Shown here piece after piece: positions 24,244 to 36,315 of a DNA stretch of 64,000 bases. Origin of the DNA: Carcharhinus amblyrhynchos. Taxonomy: Eukaryota. Below the pieces are notes generated by a model, which was not told the DNA's origin, did not search any database, and worked only from the letters and a program-made list of their open reading frames with translations. The first letter of the stretch is position 1. Each line of letters starts with the position of its first letter. A program made the translations under genes and the position numbers. The DNA is taken from positions 8,866,001 to 8,930,000 of the forward strand of contig CBDIYR020000001.1 in the NCBI GenBank assembly GCA_965287045.1, in the 5' to 3' direction.

Positions 24244-26041
24244 CTGCTTGTTGGCCTTTGGGGAATAAAGCTGAACTATTAGAATCAGATTCGGAATTTA
24301 ATTGACCCATGACAAGAAACGATTACACGAAATGGTGTTTAGAAAGTTGAGGGGTTTCTTTCAACTCTTTTTAGCGGAATTGATAGGATGGAAGAGGAGA
24401 GGAAAACTTCCCATAGGCTGGAACCCTATCACTCCATAACATAATTAAAAACAAGCTAAGGCCATATCTTTCAGGAGCGAAACAGTTCCACGGGCAAAAG
24501 TTGCTATAAGTTTGCATCTGTCTTCCGCAAATGGCAACTCATCCCTTATTTATTAACAACCTTTACATCCCTGTTCGATTTTACTTTATGCAAACAGAAA
24601 TATTTAGGGTTCTGAGGCAAAGATGCGCATTTGGACTTGCCGAGAACATCGGCCATTATCTATTGAATGCTCGAAGAGACTGGAAAGACTAAATGGATTG
24701 ATCTAATTCCCGTATTCTTATGATTCCATATTCGTACAAATCCCATTCGAATCTATTGATAGAGTCACTATTCAATAGCTGTTCAGGTGAATCTCCCCAA
24801 ATTCGTACAATTCCAAGATTTCGTAATACATTTATATATATATTTACTGGACATTACCCTGTACGATACAGCAAATAGTTTCCTTTCAAGAATTTAGCTA
24901 ATTCATGCATTTCTCTTCATACACAGGATGAGAGTTTTGCTGGCTAGGTCAACTTTGCTGTCTGTCGATAATTGCCCTTGATAATATGATAGGAAGCCAT
25001 CTTCTTGAACCACTTCAGTCCATGTGGTATGGCCACGTCTGTGGTGCTTTAGGGAGGGATTTTTCAAGTATCTGACCAGTGACAGAGCACAAATGGTAAT
25101 AAATTTCCAAGGTAATCAATTGTTTTACATATGACCCCCTTTGGTTACAGATACTTCAGCCAATGGGCATTGCTCTGATTTTATTTTAATTAATTATTGC
25201 CGACACCTCAGTCAAAACTTTCCTTAACGTATTCTGTTCTGAGGAGAATCATTACAGCTTTTCCAGTGTGGACACCATTTGCCTTTAGAAGCATTTGTCA
25301 ACTTCGCTCCCGTAAGATATGGCTCTGATTTTTAGATCATGCTCAAGTCATTGATTATACAACATACATAGTTTGTCTCTATTACACTAATATTTCCCCA
25401 TAATATGTCGAAATCACCCTTTAGCCGGTTAAGTTCCATTGAATAAAATACAGTTTTGTCTCATCGTTCACTGTAATAATACATAGTTTGAATTCAGGTA
25501 TGATCTTTGTAACTATTCGACATAAGCTGATTGCGCAACATATTCAAAGCTTTGAGGTCCTTCCTAACTAGTGGCACCCAGAATAAGATACATTATTCCA
25601 GTTGAGACCTAGTGATTCATGAATGTTAAATATAATTTTCCTGCCTAACCTCTCTAAGTGCTTTATAAATGAACGTGCTTTCCATAATCAGTAACTCTTC
25701 ATTCTCATGTTCTTCAGTTATGATCGACTTCTGGTGCTATCTTGTGTCTACCACCGTTAAATTGATACAGGGACATTAGGAGTAGGGTAGAACATCCTGC
25801 CTCCATATTTAAGGCAGTTATCACATATTGATTACTACACACAAAATTGTTATTTCCTTCTAGGAAAAATTGGATATTCCACATGGGGCTCTGCAGCAGA
25901 AATTAATGGAACTTGAACACAAATATAATTCAGGCTGTGCTGATATATTAGACACTCGGTTCAATAGGAAGTTTTCAATAATTTTAAATTGCAATTTGAC
26001 ATATTTTCTCTGTTACCGCAATTGAACGCTATATAACTTAC

Positions 26042-26093
26042 CTAAAACAACGAGTCTTGTACCAGCACCAAATGTATAATCATAGCTTCCTGA
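26042..26093 (-). CDS. TRBJ: TRBJ segment SGSYDYTFGAGTRLVVL
   Basis: FGxG motif; donor gtaagt; 12-RSS CACTATG-12-AATAAAACT at 26094-26121. Confidence 0.96.
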
Positions 26094-26602
26094 CACTATG
26101 TTACAATGTTGTAATAAAACTGGAATCCTTTAAGCTCTCTACGCCTGAGTTAATGAACTCGGCTGGATCACATTGTATTTTGTTAAATCCAGCCATTCAT
26201 TTTCTTTTGTTAAGTTGGTTTTCCATTACATTTTATCCTTTCCTGTAGTCATATCTCTATAATTTACCACGCTCTTCCAGTTTTATCTATTCATTCCTCT
26301 CGATCTGGAGATTGAAAACCGAGGGGAGATTTGAGTTTAAAATATCCGATTTTGACTGGGGCTTTTCAGGGGAAATGCTAAGTGAAATTTTCTCCTCGTG
26401 GGAAACAAAAAAACCTAGCAGAGTAGTTTCAGAAGAAATGGTTACCCATTTGAAAGGGAAGTGAGCGGGAATTTCTTCCCTCACAAATCTTCATAATTAT
26501 CTACTTCAGAGAACTGGGGAGGCTGAGTCATTGAACATATTCAAGACAATTATACATACATTGAACTACAGGGTCTAGGGAGTTCTGGGGAACAGGGAGT
26601 TA

Positions 26603-27023
26603 AGAACATAAGAAATAGGAGCAGGAGTAGGCCATCTAGCCCTTCGAGCCTGCTCCACCATTCAATAAGATCATGGCTGATCTGAAGTGGATCAGTTCCA
26701 CTTTCCCGCTTTCTCCCCATAACCCTTAATTCACTTGTCTGTCAAAAACCTATATACCCGTGACTTAAATACATTTAGCGAGGTACCCTCCACCACTTCA
26801 ACGGGCAGAAAATTCCGGAGATTCACCACCCTTTGAGTGAAGAAGTTCCTCCTCATCTCCGATCTAAACTGCCCCCCCCCCCCCCCCCACCGCTTATCTT
26901 GAGGCTGTGCCCTCTAGTCCTGCTATCCTTTCTAAGCGGGAAGAATCCCTCTATCCTATCCATCCCCTTCATTATCTTATACGTCTCTATAAGATCCCCC
27001 CTCATCCTTCTAAACTCCAACGA
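26603..27023 (-). mobile_element. CR1 3' end, same young subfamily as 6803-7200
   Basis: Near-identical to 6803-7195 (gtaggccatctagcccttcgagcctgctcc...). Confidence 0.9.
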
Positions 27024-27350
27024 GTTAAGTGGAATTGAGTCAAGTTCAGATCAGCTATAATCTTTCTGAGTTGCAGAACAAGTCGGAATGTCAGAATGTC
27101 CTCCTCCTGCTCTAGTTTATTCTATTTTAACAATATTTCTCAATATATGGTTCTCAATTCGCCCCTCGTCCTCCCTTCAACCCCTTCCATTCCATTCAGT
27201 TAATTACTCAGTTGTTACTTCTTTAATAATACGCTTTTAAATGCCTTTCCACATTTCATATTCCGCCCCTTTCTTTAAACCGATTTGTAAAGTGCCTCAT
27301 TGAGATGAATTACCAGGTGTTAAATGATATATTATGATCAACTCGCTTAC

Positions 27351-27400
27351 CTAAGACAGTGAGTTTCGTTCCACCTCCAAAATGCAAGGGTTGATTGTAC
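27351..27400 (-). CDS. TRBJ: TRBJ segment YNQPLHFGGGTKLTVL
   Basis: FGxG; donor gtaagc; 12-RSS CACACCA-12-ACAAAAACG at 27401-27428. Confidence 0.96.
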
Positions 27401-27653
27401 CACACCATCATGCCACTTCACAAAAACGCTCCGCTATACTTACTGCTCCAAACATTGATATTTGATACAGGTCTTCACTTAGCGTGAGATAACTATAAGG
27501 TAGTGCAAATTTATGAACTAATTTGAGGCGATATCTAATTGAAATTAAATGTGCTCTGAATACTGCAGTCCTGAAAAGTTTCCCAGTATCAGTCATTCAA
27601 ATCTTCTCAAAACACACGACTCTTGCTTCAATAAAAATAAAAATCGAACTCAC

Positions 27654-27707
27654 CCAAGATTGTTAATTTCGTTCCTTCCCCAAAGTACAGAGGGTTAGTC
27701 CCGCTAG
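27654..27707 (-). CDS. TRBJ: TRBJ segment SGTNPLYFGEGTKLTIL
   Basis: FGxG; donor gtgagt; 12-RSS CACTATA-12-ACTAAAACA at 27708-27735. Confidence 0.96.
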
Positions 27708-27837
27708 CACTATACTAAACAACAATACTAAAACACACCAATGTTGATCAGATATACAGGCAGGAAGGTAAATAACCAGGTTGGCAGGTAGATAAAGCCA
27801 TGCATATAAACGTATGTTTATCTAAACATACACTTAC

Positions 27838-27887
27838 CTAAAACAGTTAATTTTGTGCCAGCTCCGAAATAGTAAATGCTGCCAGAG
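27838..27887 (-). CDS. TRBJ: TRBJ segment SGSIYYFGAGTKLTVL
   Basis: FGxG; donor gtaagt; 12-RSS CACGAAG-12-TACAAAACA at 27888-27915. Confidence 0.96.
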
Positions 27888-28529
27888 CACGAAGGTTCAT
27901 GCCTGTTACAAAACATCTAACCTTTCTGTGCTCTGTCCCCCGAGAGGATTATACATAACAATGGAAACAGAGGAACGTAGGACCAAAGGAACATGAGGGC
28001 TTAAAAACATAATACTGGAACGTGGCCTGATAGGAATACTATGAAGCCATATAGCTCATTGAGGTTGTTCTAATATTAAATTAGATCATGGCTTAACTAG
28101 GAATCAGTAAATCAGACATTTGAAATTTTCAATTGAGAATCTTCTTTCCTCAGTTCCATGCCCTCTCCTAAATCCTTCCAATTCTAACAACTTTCTGGAG
28201 GAGACATTTCAAGTATTCCACTAGACTTTATGTGAACAAAATTCTTTCTGACATTGCTCCTGACCAAATAATTTTACTGTTCTGCCCTCATTGACCAAAT
28301 CATTTTGTTTGCATCTACGTTGTTACTCGTTCTGTTTGGTTGAGAGATTCTGTCAGATATTGACTCATTTTCCACAGTGAAACGAGTTCAATATCAGCCA
28401 GTCTGCCATAGTAAACCGTGAAGTTGAAATTAATTAACCAAATTCTGATTTTTTTTCACTCCCTCCACCACCCGCATGAATTCGTAAATTGAACCAACTT
28501 TCTCTAGTATTAGGAATGTGTTCACTTAC

Positions 28530-28579
28530 CTAAAACAACCAGTTTTGTCCCACTTCCGAAATAAGCTTCACTAGCAGAA
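28530..28579 (-). CDS. TRBJ: TRBJ segment SASEAYFGSGTKLVVL
   Basis: FGxG; donor gtaagt; 12-RSS CACAGAG-12-AGCAAAATC at 28580-28607. Confidence 0.96.
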
Positions 28580-29162
28580 CACAGAGGTACAGGGCTGTAG
28601 CAAAATCCCCTCCAAGTCTGGGTTGTGACTTCAGTTTTATTGGAGCTTTTGCTATGTTAATAACCATTAAGAAACGTAGGAACATAGGGATAGGAGGAGG
28701 CCATTTGAGTCTGTCACATCATTAATGTAATTTAATCCCATCATCCATTTTTGGTTCAGCCACATTAGGCACCATTGCTTACCTCCACTTATCTACAGGG
28801 AGTTTGAAATTTTCAAACCCTCAATAGCTTTTGGGACGTAATTTCCTGACTCCCACCACTTGTTGAATTAATGGGAGTTTTCTGACATCAAACTTGAACG
28901 GCCTTTTCTAATTCAAAATGTTCTTGGACTGCCCTTGGCAACAGTGAATCTTTTCCCTCAATCTACTCTACCAATTCGTTTAGTCATTTTAAAAGCCTCG
29001 CTTACATAAACATTTCATGTTCTGCATTCATGAGAATGATAACCTCGCCCATGTATTCAGTGCTGAGCTTTTTATATCCAAGTGCTGAATATTGGCCCAC
29101 GCGATTATTTAGGTGCATCTGGACATATGCATTAATCAATAGGAAGAACGCAGTCACCTTAC

Positions 29163-29210
29163 CTAAAACTGTCAACTTCGTCCCGTCTCCGAAGTAAACT
29201 GTGTTCCCTG
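29163..29210 (-). CDS. TRBJ: TRBJ segment GNTVYFGDGTKLTVL
   Basis: FGxG; donor gtaagg; 12-RSS CACAATG-12-TCATGAACA at 29211-29238. Confidence 0.96.
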
Positions 29211-29402
29211 CACAATGTTCAATTCTAAGTCATGAACAGGTCCCTGAACTGCCCCTTCCCTACTGCGAGAGTTTACTCTGTTTAGAGATAAAGATTCACG
29301 AGGCAGGTGGACATGATTCATGTTGCATGGTTTGCAAAGTTAAACATCTTATTGATTACCGCCTAGAAGGTAAACAAGAAATAAGAGCGACATTTGACTC
29401 AC

Positions 29403-29450
29403 CCAGAACGGTTAATTTGGTTCCTTGCCCAAAATACTGCACATCAGTCG
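29403..29450 (-). CDS. TRBJ: TRBJ segment TDVQYFGQGTKLTVL
   Basis: FGxG; donor gtgagt; 12-RSS CACGGTG-12-CTCAAAAAG at 29451-29478. Confidence 0.96.
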
Positions 29451-29929
29451 CACGGTGACACCCCATCCTCTCAAAAAGGCTCAATTACTTTCCATTCTGC
29501 CCGTATCCAATCTGAATGATTCAGTTGAACTACATGAATCCCATTCTAGCCTAGATGAGTCCATGTTAATATATGAAAGCTATACTGCCCTATCTATTTC
29601 AGTTTAATCTGTGGATTCTACCTTGCCCCCCTGCAATCTGATCTCTATGGGTCAAATTTTAATCTATTAATTCTACAGCATCCTTTAGATTTGTAATTAG
29701 TCACAGGTCGTGTCTGTATTCGGAGTATGGCTGCTTCGCCATTTCTGTTTGATCCAATCGCCACAGCAGTCTCCAAGTATATTGACGGTGCATAGATCGA
29801 ATTATTGTTGCTGGAGGATGTAACAGATGTTGTCTCTTTCTAAAGAAGTGGGAACACTTGCGGATGGTCTCTCGGAAGGTTCAATGCACAACGCCAAGCA
29901 GTTAGAGAGAAAGAAGTCAAATGTCTTAC

Positions 29930-29977
29930 CTAATACTGTCAATTTGGTACCACTCCCGAAATAGACCGTTGTCCCAG
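29930..29977 (-). CDS. TRBJ: TRBJ segment GTTVYFGSGTKLTVL (D-proximal)
   Basis: FGxG; donor gtaaga; 12-RSS CACATCA-12-ACATCAACG at 29978-30005. Confidence 0.95.
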
Positions 29978-30385
29978 CACATCAGCAAGTCGATTTACAT
30001 CAACGTGGCCTGTTAGGCAATAGTGCAGTGCTTATCAATGCACAAGGAGGCATTTTGAAGGCAGTGAAATATATTTTAACAAGTGATCAGGAGCTGATTT
30101 CGCCAAGACATCACATCAAATAGCAGTGATGTGTGTGATCAGGTCATTTTTATGTTGGTTGAGCGATTAATATTGGCCAGGACACTGAAGAAGTCTGAGG
30201 ATGTAGAGTGCCTTGTGTGTTTCCACAAATAACAGAAAAAAATTCATTTTACAGAAACATGCATTGGACGGACAATTGTGTAAAGCCCTTTCCGACGCTC
30301 CTATCATTGTCACTATGAGATGTCGACCGCTTTCACTCCGCTGTCACTGATCTTCTGCTGATCTGCCAATAGGCGTGTACATCGA

Positions 30386-30424
30386 GGTTTTTGTACGGAG
30401 ACTGCATTGCATTTTATCACTGTG
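30386..30424 (-). promoter_or_regulatory. 3' D-beta 23-RSS (perfect consensus)
   Basis: CACAGTG-23 bp-ACAAAAACC on the minus strand. Confidence 0.98.
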
Positions 30425-30437
30425 TCCCCCCTGTCCC
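30425..30437 (-). CDS. TRBD: TRBD segment GGGACAGGGGGGA
   Basis: Matches the pan-vertebrate D-beta1 core GGGACAGGGGG; open in all three frames (GTGG/GQGG/DRG); flanked by 12- and 23-RSS. Confidence 0.98.
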
Positions 30438-30560
30438 CACGGTAATTTATGCTCATACAAAAAGAGCTCGAGCGGTGCAAGGCCCCGCCTCTTCATATCG
30501 TGGCTTTATTTACCATTGAGATATCGAAAACTGTTAAGATTTTTGGAAAGTGGGAGAATG
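30438..30560 (-). promoter_or_regulatory. 5' D-beta 12-RSS and candidate germline promoter (PD-beta-like)
   Basis: CACGGTA-12-ACAAAAAGA at 30438-30465 (firm); TATA-like CATAAAT in the spacer, GC box GGCCCCGCCTC at 30481-30491 and GATA cores nearby (promoter role inferred). Confidence 0.7.
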
Positions 30561-31439
30561 TTATCCAGTACCTCGTGCTTTCTTCCTTGGGAACATTGGC
30601 GGTGATTCATCTGCTGAAGCATCTTGGATAGGAACAGGAGGAGACTGTTCACCTTCATGTGCCGGTTAGGTTGGAAGCTTATTAAGCTCAATTAGCCTTT
30701 TTACAAAAGAACTGAGAAATTCATTTACAAAAGAACTGGAAGAGGTCATTCAGCCCATCCAACTTGTTCTACAGGAAGAGCAAGGTCTAGTCACTCCCTT
30801 GCACTTGTTTCACAGGAAAGCGGGGAGGAGGGAGGGAGACGAAGCCTGTCTTGAGCTTGTTGTATAAAAACGGAAGCAGGCCATTACACCAATCCCGGTT
30901 GTTGTGTAGGTAGTTGGTGGTCATTGAGATTTCAAACCTCTTGGACAGGATTAGGCATCCATTGACTTGTTACACGGGAGCAGGAGGAAGATATCCGGTC
31001 ATTAATCTTGGGACCCTTCACTTCCACCAAACTTCTTGGCTTCTTCTCTTCCTTTTTTTCCACCATTCATCCGACCTTCCCCTACCATTCTTGCTTCCTC
31101 TGCCTGTGCCCTCCCTTCATTATCTTCATTATATCTATAACGCGCTGGATGTCAGGAACTACCCGTCTCCTTCCCTCAAATAGACACAAGTCCTTTATAC
31201 GGCAAACCATGCATACTCTGTCTCAGATTTCTATTCCAACCCAGCTGTGATTTTGATGTGTAGAGTTGTTGGCATTTCTGCGCCTTTCTCTTCAAACAGT
31301 CCCGCGTCACAGCGCACCTGTCCTCAACCTAAACGATTCTGAGATCCACCATTTTGGTTTTATTGCTTAGTTGCTTAATGCACAGATAAACGTCGGGGGA
31401 GGATCCTGTTAGCATCGGTTGCAAGAAGTACCTAACAGA

Positions 31440-31880
31440 AAATGAAGAAATTGAATGAAGAAACGGAACGGAACTAGTTGTAATAAATGCGATTTTGAAA
31501 TGAGTAAAGTAAGTGCATTTCCCTTTGCTCTTTTGAAAGCAGCGCAAAGTATGAATCTATTGTTAACCTCAAATGTTACCCGGGCAAAATTGACCCAAGA
31601 ACATTTTGGTAAAACTCTACTATTTGGATCGACATTTAGAATAATGTGGACAATGATGGTATGGAGTTTACAAAAAGGGATGTGGGTCGTCAAGGCGAAT
31701 TTGCTGAAAAATTTAAAATGGAGATATTTTACCCATCTCGGCAAGCAGAACAATCTGGAACTCTATTCTCGGGAAACAAAGGGTTGATAGTGAACGAATA
31801 GAATCATTTAAAATCATGCAGCTTTCCAAAAAGGTAGACGCATCGAAGATGGTTCTATTTCTACGGGGTACAGAACTCTA
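31440..31880 (+). mobile_element. Old CR1 remnant
   Basis: Degenerate RT-like blocks (gagtttacaaaagggatgtggg, SLQ.D-like); explains ORF 31455-31787. Confidence 0.45.
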
Positions 31881-32488
31881 AATATTAGTGATTCTGGATG
31901 CTGGAATACGAACAAGACAAGAGGATTCTGGAAAAGCTTAGCAGGTCTGGTGGCATCTGTAGGGAGAGAAACAGGTTAAAGTTTCCCCCTCCTTTTGTAA
32001 GTATAAGATCATTATCGATACTTCCTGAGATTTTTTTGCCCAAGAATGGTAAGAATGTTCAAAAAGAGTGGATTGGGACAAAGAACGTCAATGCATTTTA
32101 AGAGAAATTTGGAACATGTGGTGAGGGGGCTTGGGGAGGAGGGAGCTGAACTGGGAGGATGAGGACCATTCTAAACAGTCTGTTTCTTTGCAACTGGTTG
32201 AGGCTACCTGATAGAACTCCCACCCACCAAATTATTTGCAACAAATGCTTCACTTCTAATATTGTGCATGGGATGTCGCACTAGAGGAGCCAGAGTCACC
32301 CAGGTTTACCATGGTATCGTCTGTGAAGCAGAGCTTCTCAAAGCTACCCCTTCGACAGTGCAGCTCCCCCTCAGTACTGACCCCCTTTCCCTCTGAACAT
32401 CGGTTCAAAAGGTTCAGCACTCACTCAATGCTGCCCATTCAGTAGTGAGAAGCTCCATACATACTTCCACTCAATATATCAACATGGC

Positions 32489-33184
32489 TATTGTAGGTGA
32501 AATAATATCTCTGAGACTGTTAGTGAGTCAAAATACAATGGTTTTTATTTCAAAGTCCTGGTTTTTATTCCGGAGCTTTGGGAGAACTGGTTCCAAACAA
32601 GGACTGCCAAACTTCTCATGGAACACAAATATAAGTGCGTATTTATACATCATGAGTCTTCATAACAAACGTTACACAAGCTTCCAATTCTGGTCAAAAT
32701 CTTCGATCTTCTTTCTTCAATTACAACGCCTGCGACTACTCCAGCATCTCTGTCCTTGAAGTTATTTGTGTGGTTACGGCTTCTGTCTTTGAAGTTACTT
32801 TTGTGATCGTGGCTTCCCAACCGCAGCTGTTTAACGACGTTCAATTAATACAAACAGGCAAGGCTTGCAATGTCTGCAAAATAACATTCACACCTGACCA
32901 TCTGTCTTTATATTCACATCTGACCATCTATATCCACATCTGACCATTCGTCTTTGCATTCACATCTGACCATTTGTCTTTACATCCACATCTGACCATT
33001 TGCCTTTATGAGAGTTAAAGAATGAAAGACATGGACAAGTAATTTACATTAACACTAGGAGGCATATAAGCCGGGGAAGGTCAGCCATGATGAAGGTAAT
33101 GTTTGTGATATCTTCTATGTACAAAATTCATTAACCCTTCCCCTCCTTCAAGGTACAAAGCACATTAACCCTTTCCCTACTTCA
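32489..33184 (-). mobile_element. Solo LTR
   Basis: Both termini match 36316-37008 in reverse complement; flanks ATGGC/ATGGT (5 bp TSD, 1 mismatch); internal ~25 bp cacatctgaccat minisatellite at 32890-33010. Confidence 0.75.
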
Positions 33185-34040
33185 ATGGTTTTAAGTTGAA
33201 GCTCCTGCGGTGGACACTGGACCTTGCAACATTTGTGTATGAGGCGATAGAACTGCGAACTGAGAATCTAAAGACTTCTAAAGACTCGAAGTCCTCCAAT
33301 GTATTGATGTTGATCAGTTGAGCGACGTTTACAGATAACTTGTCACGTTAAAAACCCGCAATTCAGGAAGCGGAAGTCACATACCATCCTGACTTGGAAA
33401 ACCATCGCCGTTCCTTGACTATCACTGTCTCAAAAGCCTAGATGTTCTTTAAGAGCATTGTGGGCGTACCTACACCACATGGCCTGTTCAACCCCAAATT
33501 GTCTAGGACAATTCGGAGTTGGCAATAAATTGACCTAACTAGCAACATCTACATCCTATGACCGAATAAAGAAATGACTGACTTCTTTGTTTCTTGACAT
33601 TTGATCGAGTCTTAGCCAGTTAGAGAAATTGGGTGCATTGCACATCATGGGCGGCATGTGGCGCTATTATTTCAATAATACTTGTAGTTTCGCAAATTCT
33701 GACCTTTGCATTTCTCTGCCTGTGGCCGGAGTGCTGCAATCCCTTCACTAAACCTCTCCACGTTGCAACCCTCCATAAAGATACTACTCAAACTCTAGCA
33801 AGATTCGGATCCCCGTCCCGAATAGTTCTTCATGTTACTCCAAATATGGGCTGAATTACGCTCCTTGTGACGTTTTGATCATGCAGTTTCAAATATCTAT
33901 ATCAATGCAAGTTGTGACTATTTTCTTGAAATATCATATGGATATGAATGGGAATCCTGGAAGATTTATGACACGAATAACACGAGATTAGCTCTGCGAG
34001 GATTCTATCAGTACTGTTTTCCCGCGTTTGTGACAGATAA

Positions 34041-34232
34041 AGAACAAAGAACAACACAGCACAGGAAACAGGCCCTTCGGCCCAACAAGCCCGCGCCACC
34101 ATTTTAACATCGTGAGTGCCCTCTTCTACCTATGACCTTGTCTACGCCTATTGGACTCCACAATAAAGGAATTATAACCAGATTGAAAGACTCCTAATTT
34201 AGGGACAATTTGTTAACACCAATCAGCCTAAG
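34041..34232 (-). mobile_element. SINE/CR1-type 3' tail fragment
   Basis: agaacaaagaacaacacagc...ggcccttcggcccaacaagcccgcgcc; related piece at ~41507-41640. Confidence 0.65.
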
Positions 34233-34873
34233 TTCGAAACAAATTCAACAAGGGCCTGAGAACGCTGTCGAAACGGTGCCAATGACGCTTGAGTTAAACA
34301 CATGGCACAGAATATAAAGCAATAAAGGGGTGTGTGATGAAATGGCGGCATCCAACACCTTCTGCCCTAGTACAACAAAAGCAAAACATCCCAGGTGCGA
34401 AAAATTGGAAATTGAAAGTAGGAAATGCTGGGAATATTGAACAGATCTGACAGCAGCCGCGGAGGGAGAAGCATGGATAAGATTTGAGGTCAAATCCAAG
34501 ATTCTGACAAAAGGTCGGACAATTTGAAATGTGTTAACACTTTTTTTCTGTCTCCAAAGAAAACTCTGAAAGTTTCCAACGTTTTCTGTTCTGATTTCTT
34601 CGCCACAACTTCCTGTTCCCGGTCACTCTGCCAAAATGGTTTGCAATGGCCCCACTCGCCATATTATTCTATGGTGTCGAAGGTTGCTTCATCAAGTGTC
34701 TTTTGAAAGTTTATAAAGTATTCAAAAAGGAGGACGGTGGTTGAAGGTAATGAGTTCTGCAAGAATCAAGCCACATTAGCTGAAAATGAAAGAAGCTGAT
34801 GGAATGAAATTAAAATACGAACATTATGAGGTTTTAAATATGTAATTGCGGGACAGTGGAGGTCAGGATAAAT

Positions 34874-35160
34874 GGGCGGCACGGTGGCACAGTGATTAAC
34901 ATTGCTGCCTCACAGCACCAGGGACTGGGTTCGATTCTCAGTTCGGGTCACCGTATGAGGAGTTTGCACATTCTCCCAGTGTCTGCGTGGGTTTCCTCCG
35001 GGTGCTCCGGTTTCCTCCAACAGTCCAAAGGTGTGCGGGTTATGTGGATTGTCTATGCTAAATTGCCTGATAATGTGAGGGGGACTGGTTAAGCTTAGGG
35101 CATGGGGTAATGGGGACAAGGCCCGGGTTGCATCCTTCTGCACTGTAGGATTCTATGATT
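34874..35160 (+). mobile_element. HE1/V-SINE
   Basis: gggcggcacggtggcacagtg head, gggttcgattc B box, V core, tail ggattctatgatt. Confidence 0.85.
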
Positions 35161-36315
35161 TAATGCCATCGCATTTTAAGCATCTCAGGAGCATCTTTTC
35201 TGTAGGAAGTTACTTTCATAAACAAATCGGAGCTGGAACAGCAACGACATGTAATTCAGTCTCCAAACATTTGCTCGGCATATCAATAACTAGCGATCTT
35301 AAGAATTGATGATCGATAGTTTTGTTTGCAGTATCTTGCTGAAAGGAATGATCAATACTACGTGGATTTTTGTCGCCCCCCATGCCCCCCCCCCCCCCCA
35401 CCCCCGCCCACGTCGCCAGCATTTGCAGCTCAGGCCGATTGTCAATGGACTTGTGCCTGGGCTGCCAGATCTCCGCAGCGGGTCCGACCACATCGGGGCC
35501 GGAAAACTCCGGGTTTCCTGCAGAAAGGAGTTGAAATGTGCCGTTGAGAAAAGCAGAAGTCCAAAGACTATAAGTTGTGAAATGTGGTTCCAGATATGGG
35601 GATGGAGAGTCTCAGTTGGAGAGAGTATCGGAGCACTGATAAAGTTCTCGGCACGGTGAAGCGCTGAACCTCATTCGTGAATATTACCAAAAAAGGCAAC
35701 AAGGTTGAAGAGCCCATGTTGATGAAGTCGATGACTAAATGAACGAGACTTTAGATCAAGATGGATCTTAGACAATTGAAATTGTCCTACAAGCAACTGA
35801 AATGATAAGCGCCAGCGCGCCAAACATGGAGAAACGGGGAGAGTACCTGACCTCGTTCAAATCATTACAACTTCAACCGCGTTATCCTCTGATACCTCAG
35901 GCAAAAAGCATATTTCCGGCTGTTGGTTTCTTGGTTAGTCTATAGCGTGCCGACGGTGTCAAAACGCGTTGTAGTATTCGTAATGAGAATGATACAGAAC
36001 ATCAAACTACCCTGTGTAACTGATCACTTCCTCTGATTTGTCTTTATCAGCCAACAGTGGTTCGGTGGTTGGCACCTCACAACAGAGAAAAAGATGTGTG
36101 GGTTCAAATATTACTTGAGCACACAATCAAAACTGACACTCCAAGCGCAGTACGGAGGAAATATCACACTGTGGGAAGGGGCAGGATTCATGAACTTTCT
36201 TGTGGCTGAAATGATAAACCAAGGTTCCAACTGCAGACCGAAAACATATCATGGCCGTGATTTCGAGGAAGAGGAAGGGCATTCAGTCCGGATGCCAATG
36301 AGAAACAATGCTCTT

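Noticed and set aside
27922-27947. D-like GGGACAGAG followed by CACAGAA inside the J cluster
   Set aside because: No 5' heptamer and no nonamer at 23 bp (ATGAACCTT); not a supportable second D.
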